64,000 bases of DNA from Klebsiella pneumoniae (GTDB lineage Bacteria > Myxococcota_A > UBA796 > SXON01). The notes beneath the pieces were generated by a model. That model was given only the letters and a program-made list of their open reading frames with translations. It was not told the origin of the DNA and did not search any database. Positions within the stretch are counted from its first letter, which is position 1. Each line of letters begins with the position of its first letter. The stretch is taken from the NCBI GenBank assembly GCA_945861635.1, contig CAMAWH010000002.1, positions 54,349 to 118,348 of the forward strand. The letters run 5' to 3'. Shown here in pieces: positions 49,561 to 57,649 of this stretch. The translations under genes and the position numbers were made by a program.

Positions 49561-51747
49561 TCAATCACAACTTCCGTTCGCCGCACCGGGCGTCCCGTAG
49601 TCCGGCGCGCCCACGCCGGACGAGATGTATTTGTCGGCGATCGAGGCCTTGCACCAGCTCGCATAAGCGTCGTTGTCGGCATCGTTGAGTGCGTTGTTGT
49701 CGAGTTCCATCGAGTAGTGCGCCGTCCGCGGCCAGGTCGCCAACGTAGCGTCGTAGATCCAGTGCACCTCGTCCATCAGTGCGCCCGCGACATAGAGTGC
49801 GATCAAATCCTCATCCCGGTCAAAGTAGAAGGTGACGTCGTAGTTCGGCGGCCCCCAGTCGGTGTTCCCCCAATTGTAGTCACAGGTCGAGGCCGTGCCG
49901 AAGCCGATTGTATCGTAACAAAGCACCAGATAGCCGCCCGGTGGGATCTGGAGGGCAGCGTCGGGAGACGCGTAAAAACTATCCCCGTCCTGCTCCTCAA
50001 AGTACCAATTGGAGATGTCGAGCGTGGTCGAGGTCGTATTGTACAACTCGAACCACTGGGCGTCAGAGTTGGTCGCGGTGCCCGAACCGCCGGCGTAGGG
50101 TTGGCGTGCAACCTCCGTCACGATGACGTCTCCTGCGGAGACAAAGTCCTCATCGACAAGGCCATCACAGTCTTCGTCGGACAGATCCTGCGTCTCCGTC
50201 CCTAGCGGGTTCACCAGCGGCTCCGTATCGTCACAATCGGCGTCATCGGCGAGGAAACCGGACGGCGCTGCGCACGCGGTCGTCGTACTCGCCGCGTCAC
50301 CGTAGCCATCGGAATCGACGTCCGCGTGCCAGACGACAGCGTCCGTTGCGTCGTCTTCATCGACCTCCGCGTCGCAGTCGTTGTCGAGTCCGTCACAGCT
50401 TTCGCGATTGCCGGGGTTGGCGGTGGCCTCCGCGTCATCACAATCGTCGTCGGTAGCGGCGTAGCCCGCGGGCGCACTGCACGCGGCGATCGTGCCGGAA
50501 GGATCGCCATACCCGTCGAGATCGGCGTCCACGTAGAACGTGGAGACATCGACGGCGGTCGCCTCGTCCGTCGTACCATCGCAGTTGTTGTCAACACCAT
50601 CACAAAACTCAGTCGCACCGGGGAGAATTTCCGCATCCGCGTCATCACAATCACCGCCATCGACGATGGTTCCAGCCGGCTGAGTACACGCCGTCACACC
50701 CGCCGCGGCGTCTCCGTAGCCATCGAGGTCGCCGTCCGGGTACCAGCGCGCGGCGGCCGGGGAGTCGGTATCGACCTCTCCATTGCAGTTGTTGTCGATG
50801 CCATCACACGCCTCGTAGGCGCCCGGGGAAAGCGCCGCGTCGGCGTCATTGCAGTCCGTGGCGTCCGCCACGTAGCCGCTCGGAACGTCGCAAGCCACTT
50901 CGAACACGGTGGCGTCTCCGAACGTGTCGGAATCTGCGTCCGCGTACCACATCGACGGGTCGATCGCCGCGTCATCCACCGCACCGTCACAGTCATTGTC
51001 GGCACCGTCACACATCTCCGCGGCATCGGGAAAGGCGAGTGGATCGGCGTCGTCACAGTCGGTGCTGTCGGCCACGTATCCATCGGGTTGCTCGCACCAC
51101 AGCGTCGCCGCTGCCGCCTCTCCGTAGCCATCCCCATCGACGTCCGCGTACCAGACGACGCCGTCGAGCGCGTCATCGTCCGCAAACCCAGAACAGTCGT
51201 CATCGATGCCGTTGCACGTTTCCGGCGAGGAAGGCGAAATCGCGCTGTTGTTATCGTCACAATCCCCGGCCACCGACGCGTAGCCAGGAGCAGGCTCGCA
51301 CGCTGTTCCAAGCGAGCTTCCACTGCCGACGCCATCTCCATCGGCGTCGGCATAGTACGGGAGAGCGTCCGCCGGATCCTCGTCGATGACGTCGTCGCAG
51401 TCGTCGTCCGCGCCATTACAGGCCTCCAGCGCACCTGGGAAGATCGCAGCGTCGCTATCGTTGCAGTCGGCGCCGAACGCTCCCGCCTCCACGCCATCTC
51501 CGTCGCGATCGTAATCGTCTCCTCCTGCGCAGTCCTGATCCACGCCGTCGTACCAGGTCTCCGCCGCGCCCGGGTAGATGGCCGCGTTCCGGTCATCGCA
51601 ATCGCCGTCCGCCGCCGTGACGCCGTCACCATCTGCATCGTCGGGGATCTCCGCCACGCCGCCACCAACCCCCGTGTCCGGCCCGGGGCAGCCCATCAAC
51701 ATGTTCCCGCTGGTCAGGGCGGCAAGAGTGAGGACCGACCAGCGCAT
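49561..51747 (-). CDS. MopE-like putative metal-binding repeat protein with C-terminal lamin-tail domain (LTD), lipoprotein
   Basis: LMGC lipobox. Eight DC[DN]D...P...E.C[DN]G.D[DN][DN]C repeats. LTD stretch VIVTEVARQPYAGG ... AQWFELYN. Confidence 0.8.
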   Translation of the reverse strand: MRWSVLTLAALTSGNMLMGCPGPDTGVGGGVAEIPDDADGDGVTAADGDCDDRNAAIYPGAAETWYDGVDQDCAGGDDYDRDGDGVEAGAFGADCNDSDAAIFPGALEACNGADDDCDDVIDEDPADALPYYADADGDGVGSGSSLGTACEPAPGYASVAGDCDDNNSAISPSSPETCNGIDDDCSGFADDDALDGVVWYADVDGDGYGEAAAATLWCEQPDGYVADSTDCDDADPLAFPDAAEMCDGADNDCDGAVDDAAIDPSMWYADADSDTFGDATVFEVACDVPSGYVADATDCNDADAALSPGAYEACDGIDNNCNGEVDTDSPAAARWYPDGDLDGYGDAAAGVTACTQPAGTIVDGGDCDDADAEILPGATEFCDGVDNNCDGTTDEATAVDVSTFYVDADLDGYGDPSGTIAACSAPAGYAATDDDCDDAEATANPGNRESCDGLDNDCDAEVDEDDATDAVVWHADVDSDGYGDAASTTTACAAPSGFLADDADCDDTEPLVNPLGTETQDLSDEDCDGLVDEDFVSAGDVIVTEVARQPYAGGSGTATNSDAQWFELYNTTSTTLDISNWYFEEQDGDSFYASPDAALQIPPGGYLVLCYDTIGFGTASTCDYNWGNTDWGPPNYDVTFYFDRDEDLIALYVAGALMDEVHWIYDATLATWPRTAHYSMELDNNALNDADNDAYASWCKASIADKYISSGVGAPDYGTPGAANGSCD
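50146..51642 (-). repeat. coding tandem repeat array (8 Cys/Asp-rich units; six full units of 67-69 aa)
   Basis: DC[DN]D core recurs at aa 49, 94, 162, 229, 298, 366, 435 and 504 of the 728-aa protein. Confidence 0.7.
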
Positions 51748-51796
51748 GCACGAGGCTCCACGCAGAGTGTAGCGCGGGAACGCGCCACAATCCGTC

Positions 51797-53539
51797 CTAC
51801 GGACACGGATCGTTCACGCCGCCCGGCGTTCCGTACTCGTCGTCGGCGGCGTCGTACCAGATCGACGTCGGCGCCGCACACCAGTTGAGAAGGTCGTCGT
51901 TGTCCGCCGCGTCCTCGAATCCAGCGTTCACCGACAGCGAATGCATGGCTTCGCGCGGCCAGAAATCGGAGGGGCCGTACAGCCAATTCACGCTGTCCAC
52001 GGCGCCGCCCGTCTCGATGGACAGCGTGTCTTCGTCACGCTGGAGGTTGAAGGTGTTGTCGTGGAACGCGCCGCTGAATGTCGCGGCCTCCGCCTCGTCT
52101 CCCCAGATATAGTCGCATTCGAGGCTGCTGTTCGCATCCGAGGGCGCGACCCAGTCGTCTGTCTTGCAGAACACCGCGTACTCCCCCGCTCCAATCGAAA
52201 CGCCGTCGTCCGGGTCAACGGCAAACGCGTCGCTTCCGACGATCGTATTGGACCGTCGAATCGTGAAACCGGCGAGGTCGATATCGCCCGCCGAGGCGTT
52301 GTAGACTTCAAACCACATCGCCGAATTGTCCGTGGACGTTCCGCCGACCCATGGCTGCCGTGCAACCTCCGTGATCACGAGGTCACCTTCGGCCACGAAA
52401 TCCTCGTCGATCATCGTGTCGCAATCGTCATCGATATCGTTGTCGGCTTCGCTCACGCCTGGGTTGCGGAGGCCGTCGGCGTCATCACAATCCCCCGTGA
52501 GACCGATGGAGTCGGCGGGCGCGTCGCACGCGGTGGCGGTGACGACGTCGGCGTCGCCATATCCGTCTGCGTCGGCGTCCGCGTACCACGTGACGACGTC
52601 GATGGCGTCGGTATCAAACACCGAATCGCAGTTGTCATCCTGACCATTGCACACCTCGTCCGCGTCCGGGTTCACGGCGGCGAGACCATCGTCACAGTCA
52701 TCGGCATTCGCCACGATGCCGGCCGCGAGATCGCACGCCACCACCGCCGCGGAGGCGTCTCCAAAGCCGTCGGTGTCGGCGTCGGCGTAGAACGTCAACC
52801 CGTCGACGGGCGACTCGTCGACCGCACCGTCACAATTCTCATCCCCGCCGTCGCAATGCTCATCGGCACCCGGATGAACGGTGTTTGAACCGTCATTGCA
52901 GTCGTCGGCGTTCTCCACAGCGCCTTCCGGGGCCGAACAGGCGATACTCGCCGCACCTGACCCGTACCCATCGAGGTCCGCGTCGGCGTAGAACATGCGT
53001 AAATCGGTAGCGCCGTCGTCCACTGCGTCGTCGCAATCGTCGTCGAGGTCGTTGCATACCTCAATCGCAAGCGGATTGATCGCCGCAACAGCGTCGTCAC
53101 AATCCCCATCGACCGCGGCGTAGCCTTCCGGCAACGCATCGCCGCACAGGGTTTCGAGTTCGCCCGTGCCGAATCCGTCGGCGTCCGCGTCCGCGTAGCC
53201 CGTCTGAGTGCCGACCTCCTCGTCAACCGCATCGTCGCAGTCATTGTCGATGCCATCACAGATCTCCGTTCCACCGGGAAAGGCCGTGGCATCGGCGTCA
53301 TCGCAATCTTCCCCCACCTCGGTACCATCAAGGTCCTGGTCCAGATCGTTCCCATCACAGTTCTGATCCACACCGTCGTACCAGGCCTCGATCTCGCCCG
53401 GATTTACCTGTGCATCGTTCGGGTCGCAATCCCCCTCATCCATCGTGTAGCCGTCCCCATCATCATCTCCCACAATCTCCTCAAAACCAGGCTTCATTGT
53501 CGGTTCTTCACAGGCGAGGAGGACGGAGAGGATGAACAT
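51797..53539 (-). CDS. MopE-like repeat + LTD lipoprotein, tandem paralogue
   Basis: MFILSVLLAC lipobox (M28 of the ORF). Six DC[DN][DP] repeats. LTD stretch LVITEVARQPWVGG ... AMWFEVYN. Confidence 0.8.
   Translation of the reverse strand: MFILSVLLACEEPTMKPGFEEIVGDDDGDGYTMDEGDCDPNDAQVNPGEIEAWYDGVDQNCDGNDLDQDLDGTEVGEDCDDADATAFPGGTEICDGIDNDCDDAVDEEVGTQTGYADADADGFGTGELETLCGDALPEGYAAVDGDCDDAVAAINPLAIEVCNDLDDDCDDAVDDGATDLRMFYADADLDGYGSGAASIACSAPEGAVENADDCNDGSNTVHPGADEHCDGGDENCDGAVDESPVDGLTFYADADTDGFGDASAAVVACDLAAGIVANADDCDDGLAAVNPDADEVCNGQDDNCDSVFDTDAIDVVTWYADADADGYGDADVVTATACDAPADSIGLTGDCDDADGLRNPGVSEADNDIDDDCDTMIDEDFVAEGDLVITEVARQPWVGGTSTDNSAMWFEVYNASAGDIDLAGFTIRRSNTIVGSDAFAVDPDDGVSIGAGEYAVFCKTDDWVAPSDANSSLECDYIWGDEAEAATFSGAFHDNTFNLQRDEDTLSIETGGAVDSVNWLYGPSDFWPREAMHSLSVNAGFEDAADNDDLLNWCAAPTSIWYDAADDEYGTPGGVNDPCP
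52400..53467 (-). repeat. coding tandem repeat array (6 Cys/Asp-rich units)
   Basis: Same repeat family as 50146..51642. Confidence 0.65.
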
Positions 53540-53716
53540 CGTGGCTTCCGGGCGCGGGGAGGTGGGGCTGCAGTGCTGAACTATCGCCGGAAATCGGTGA
53601 GATCGAATTGGTTGCGACACTGCGGCACGGGAGTAGCGACCGGAGAAGCGTGAATCCGCTCGTTTTCACGCCTCCTGCGCGCCGAAGCGTGCCTGCACCC
53701 GCTACACTCGCGCACC

Positions 53717-56296
53717 ATGATCCTCTTCGTTCTCGCGTGTGATGGTGTTGCGCCCGTAGGTCCGCCCGATCGGGGGCCCGACCTCACCGAACGGCTCGGC
53801 GCCGATGAGTCCCGCGCCGGCGTTGTATCCGACACATCTGCACTTTTTGGGGGTATCTCCGCGGAGGGGCGCGCGGGCGATGTGAAGCTCTACAACGATC
53901 GCGTGCGTTTTGTCGTCCAGCAGGTCGGGGACAGCGGCTACTACGTTGACTACGGCGGCATGATCGTGGACGCCGACCTCGTGCGGCCCGTCGGGCAACC
54001 CGGGCGGGACATGCTGGACGAGCTGGGGCCCATGGTAGGGCTCGCGCGCGTCGTGGACGCAACATCGGTCAAGGTTCTTGCCGATGGCGCCGACGGAAAG
54101 GCAGCGATCGTGCGGGTGGAGGGCAAGGGGGCGCCCCTTCGCCTTGCGACGGGTGCCCTGGAGAATCCCGATCTCGTCGCCGACATCGCGATGCGCGTCC
54201 GTGTGGACTACACGTTGGAGCCGCATTCATGGTCGTTGAAGGCGGAAACGACAGTTTGGAATGATGACAGCGCCGACTTCATCGGCCAGGTTGGACTGGT
54301 CGGCATCTACTCGCAGGAAGCCGCGGATCGGTACGGACCCCGCACCGGTCTGAACGACGTCGATGGCTCCGCTGTGGACTGGGCCGCCATCCACGGGATG
54401 CGGAACGAAGGCACGCTCGCGATCCTGGCCGATACCGGGAAGCTCGAAGGGGGCACGCTTGCGACGATTCTGGGCTCCATCGCCCCGGTGGTGTCGGGGT
54501 TTGGACCGGCCGGCACCATCGCTGCGGGAGAGAAGGCGTCGTTCGTGCACTGGATCGGAATGGGCCCCGATCCGGCCACACCCAGCGGGGAGCAATTGGT
54601 ACGACAAGGGGTCGCGTCACAGACGTTGACGGGCACAGTAACGGCGGGAGGCTCGGCGTTGGCCGGGGCACATGTCAACGTGATGGACGCCGCTGGCGCG
54701 CCGCTCACGATGGCGATCACGCTTGCTGACGGCACGTGGACGGCCATGGTACCCGCCGGCGTCACTTCGCTGGTTGTTTCGGGAAGAGGAAACGGTCTAA
54801 CCTGCGATCTTCCTGCGGGAAGCGGCTGGATTTCTCCGTACGACCAGAGCACGGATGGCGTGCTGGGAACGCTGCAGAACGGCGCCATCGCGATTCCGTT
54901 CGCCGACGGGTACGGCGTGGCGACAGCGGCCTCCGGCGATGTCGACCTGACGCCACCCGGCTTCGTTCACGTCACGGTGACCGATGGTGGACCGGCGGTG
55001 GCGAGGCTCTTTTTTGTCGATGCGGACAGCGTCGTAGTCGACGAGCGCGTCGTCCATGGCCGGAAAGACGGCACGATGGGCATCGGCTTCATCCGCGATG
55101 GTGAACTCGCCCTGCCTGCGGAGCCAGGCACCTACGACGTGCTCGTCTACCGCGGCGTGCGTGACGAGCTGTCCATCACGCGCGTCACGGTCGTAAGCGG
55201 AGAAACGGTTGAGGTCGCCGCGGAGATTGTCCCCGCCTACGCGCTGGAGGGTGTCCTTACCGGCGATCCGCACTCGCACGCATCCCCGAGCGGAGATGGC
55301 GGCGTGTCGATGGAGGAGCGGCTGCTCGTCATGGCGGGCAACGGCGTGGACGTCCACTTCGGCACCGACCACGACCACGTTGCGGACTACTCGCCGCTGC
55401 TTGCGCCGCTTGGGCTGGAGGGTCGCTTGTACAGTGTACTCGCAGATGAGGTTTCTCCGGTTCTCCGTGGCCACTTCAACGCCTACCCGGCGATGGCGAC
55501 GACCGGTGCGAACCACGGCGCTCCCCGTTGGTGGCAGGGCTACAAGGACACGGCTGAGATTTTCGGCTGGATGCGGGACATGGTGGGGGACGGCGTGATT
55601 CAAGCCAATCACCCCGTCGGAAACTCCGGAATGTTCTCACGCGCCGACATCAACCTCTCTTCCGGAGAGATCGGGAAGCCGGATCACTATTCCCCCGACT
55701 TCGATGCGATGGAGCTGCTCAACTCGGGGGATTACGAAGAGTACCTCCCCTACTACCTCGGACTCATCTCGCGGGGAAAACGCGTGACCCCGGTGGGCGT
55801 GAGTGACAGCCACAGCCACACCAGCGGCGGCGTGGGGCTCAACGTGACGTTCCTCCACACGAACGGCACACTCGCAGAGTTCAGCTCGCAAGCGCTCATC
55901 GACACGATGCACGCCCGCGAAGTCGTCGTAAGCCATGGCCCGTTCATCGACGTCACCATCGACGGCGCCTGGGCACCGGGCACGGAAGTGATGGGCGCAA
56001 CCACGCTCGATATCGTCGTGAGGGCGCCGAGCTGGATGCCCGTGGAAACCGTTTCACTCATCGAAAACGACGCCGTTGTGGATGTCCAACCGTGTACAGG
56101 CGTCGCACCGACGCCCTGTGCGGTGACGTTCACGTTGGCGCCGTCGCAAGATGCGGCGTACACGGTCATCGCAGAGAGCACCACGCTGCCGATGCAGTGG
56201 GCGCACGCGGGCGAGCTCGCGTGGGCGGCTACCAGCGCCGTATACGTCGATGTCGCTGGGGACGGCTGGACGGCGCCGAAAGCGGCGTTGTTCTAG
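53717..56296 (+). CDS. large lipoprotein with C-terminal PHP (CehA/McbA-type) metallohydrolase domain
   Basis: MILFVLAC lipobox. GDPHSHASPSGDG and HFGTDHDHV PHP motifs. GVSDSHSH. Confidence 0.7.
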   Translation: MILFVLACDGVAPVGPPDRGPDLTERLGADESRAGVVSDTSALFGGISAEGRAGDVKLYNDRVRFVVQQVGDSGYYVDYGGMIVDADLVRPVGQPGRDMLDELGPMVGLARVVDATSVKVLADGADGKAAIVRVEGKGAPLRLATGALENPDLVADIAMRVRVDYTLEPHSWSLKAETTVWNDDSADFIGQVGLVGIYSQEAADRYGPRTGLNDVDGSAVDWAAIHGMRNEGTLAILADTGKLEGGTLATILGSIAPVVSGFGPAGTIAAGEKASFVHWIGMGPDPATPSGEQLVRQGVASQTLTGTVTAGGSALAGAHVNVMDAAGAPLTMAITLADGTWTAMVPAGVTSLVVSGRGNGLTCDLPAGSGWISPYDQSTDGVLGTLQNGAIAIPFADGYGVATAASGDVDLTPPGFVHVTVTDGGPAVARLFFVDADSVVVDERVVHGRKDGTMGIGFIRDGELALPAEPGTYDVLVYRGVRDELSITRVTVVSGETVEVAAEIVPAYALEGVLTGDPHSHASPSGDGGVSMEERLLVMAGNGVDVHFGTDHDHVADYSPLLAPLGLEGRLYSVLADEVSPVLRGHFNAYPAMATTGANHGAPRWWQGYKDTAEIFGWMRDMVGDGVIQANHPVGNSGMFSRADINLSSGEIGKPDHYSPDFDAMELLNSGDYEEYLPYYLGLISRGKRVTPVGVSDSHSHTSGGVGLNVTFLHTNGTLAEFSSQALIDTMHAREVVVSHGPFIDVTIDGAWAPGTEVMGATTLDIVVRAPSWMPVETVSLIENDAVVDVQPCTGVAPTPCAVTFTLAPSQDAAYTVIAESTTLPMQWAHAGELAWAATSAVYVDVAGDGWTAPKAALF

Positions 56297-56489
56297 GTTT
56301 CCGCGCGCAGGCGTCGAGTCGGCCTCAACCGCAGTCCCCGCCCTCCAAGCACGCCGCGTACCCCATCACCCGCGGTTCCGGTGCCACGGGCGACATCCGC
56401 GGCCGCCAGCCGCGCGCCACGCGATCCATCAGCAATTCCCTGGCGGACGGAACGTGATCCCACGCGGCGACCGCCGCAACCGCCCCCAG

Positions 56490-56678
56490 TCACGTGGAAT
56501 CGTAGACCAGCCAGACGCCGTCGACCGCGGCGATGACGTCGTGCGTGAACTCGTCCTGCACGACAAGATCGGTAATGTCAATGCCGTCGTTCAGCGCGCG
56601 ACCGATCGTCGCGTGCAAGGACGTGCGCGCGGTGAGGCGCGCGATCAGGTCCGGGGGGAACTCGCCGTGGGTTTGCAT
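56490..56678 (-). CDS. small hypothetical protein ending at an in-frame TGA (see finding)
   Basis: High-GC3 segment MQTHGEFPPDLIARL ... VWLVYDST. The same frame stays coding-like for 54 more codons after the TGA. Upstream it could extend to a GTG at 56819. Confidence 0.4.
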   Translation of the reverse strand: MQTHGEFPPDLIARLTARTSLHATIGRALNDGIDITDLVVQDEFTHDVIAAVDGVWLVYDST

Positions 56679-56960
56679 GATGCGGCGAGGGAGTGGGCGG
56701 CGGGTGCCCGATCCGCGTCGATCAACGGCCAGTGCCCCGAAGCGCGCGCAGACGTCCCGTCGGGGCACCGAAACGGTGCAGGTAGGACCACATGGGGCAC
56801 CATGTCCCCCTCGGAGCACCGTTTTGGTGCGCTCAGCACCCTGGCAGCGTCGGGCAGTACCTGCCCCGCGACCGCACGCCGACGTGGCGACCCGCTTGGA
56901 GCAGCGCCATCCGGGTGCCGCTGAGCGAGGCCGATGGGGTCACTCCAGCGATCTTTCCCC

Positions 56961-56989
56961 TTGACGACGGCGCTGACCGAAACTACAAT
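56961..56989 (+). promoter_or_regulatory. sigma70-like promoter TTGACG-17-TACAAT for a leaderless tetR
   Basis: TTGACG 56961-56966, TACAAT 56984-56989. ATG at 56997 lies 7 nt after the -10, with no Shine-Dalgarno. Confidence 0.5.
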
Positions 56990-56996
56990 CTGGTCA
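56974..56996. promoter_or_regulatory. candidate TetR operator 1 (TGACC-N13-GGTCA)
   Basis: Inverted 5-mers span the -10 hexamer. CTGACCGAAAC is shared with the second site. Confidence 0.4.
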
Positions 56997-57587
56997 ATGG
57001 CACTCGAGCAGGAAAAACAGAACCGAATCATTGCTGCGGCAACGGAGCGATTCGCCCATTTCGGATTCAAAAAGACGTCGATCGACGAGATCGCCGCCGA
57101 CGCTGGCGTCGGAAAGGGTACCGTCTACCTGATGGCGGAAAGCAAGGAGGACCTGTTCTATCAGGTCGTCCACAAAGAGCTTCGCGCCTGGGTCGCGGAA
57201 TGTGCCAACCACATCGATCCACGTAAACCCGCCGACGAACTGCTCCTGTCCCTCACGATCTCCGCGTTCGGCTACCTCGAAGCGCGTCCGCTCGTGAAAG
57301 ACCTGCTCCTCGCGAACTATGAGCAGATGCTGCCGATGTGGACGGGGCAACTCGCGGATCTGCGCGCGATCTGCCGGCGCAATTCCGAAGAAGTGTTGAA
57401 GATCGGGGTCCGACAGGGCCGTTTTCGCGCCGACCTCGACGTTCCCGGCGTTGCCCGGGTCCTTCAGGACATGCTCTCCGCCGGCCTGCTCTACGCCTAC
57501 CGCACCAACATTCCGCCCATTGAACAGCTCCAGAACACCTCCGTCTGCATCGACCTCCTCCTCCACGGCCTCCTCGTCAAAGCCTGA
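56997..57587 (+). CDS. TetR family transcriptional regulator
   Basis: RIIAAATERFAHFGFKKTSIDEIAADAGVGKGTVYL is a TetR HTH. Confidence 0.85.
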   Translation: MALEQEKQNRIIAAATERFAHFGFKKTSIDEIAADAGVGKGTVYLMAESKEDLFYQVVHKELRAWVAECANHIDPRKPADELLLSLTISAFGYLEARPLVKDLLLANYEQMLPMWTGQLADLRAICRRNSEEVLKIGVRQGRFRADLDVPGVARVLQDMLSAGLLYAYRTNIPPIEQLQNTSVCIDLLLHGLLVKA

Positions 57588-57615
57588 GCCCACGTTCTCT
57601 TTTTTTTCCGCCAAC

Positions 57616-57638
57616 TGACCAAAACACCAACCAAGTCA
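57616..57638. promoter_or_regulatory. candidate TetR operator 2 (TGACC-N13-AGTCA)
   Basis: Same arm spacing as operator 1. CTGACCAAAAC matches 10/11. Lies 12 nt upstream of the next gene's ATG. Confidence 0.4.
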
Positions 57639-57649
57639 AGAGGTATCCT

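Noticed and set aside
49561-53620. Periodic repeats of about 205 bp, considered as a CRISPR- or VNTR-like non-coding array.
   Set aside because: The periodicity lies entirely within two long high-GC3 ORFs and corresponds to protein repeat units. There is no spacer/repeat structure.
57585-57607. T8 tract after the tetR stop as an intrinsic terminator.
   Set aside because: I could find no stable GC hairpin immediately upstream. The second operator and the ribosome-binding site follow directly, so read-through co-transcription is more likely.
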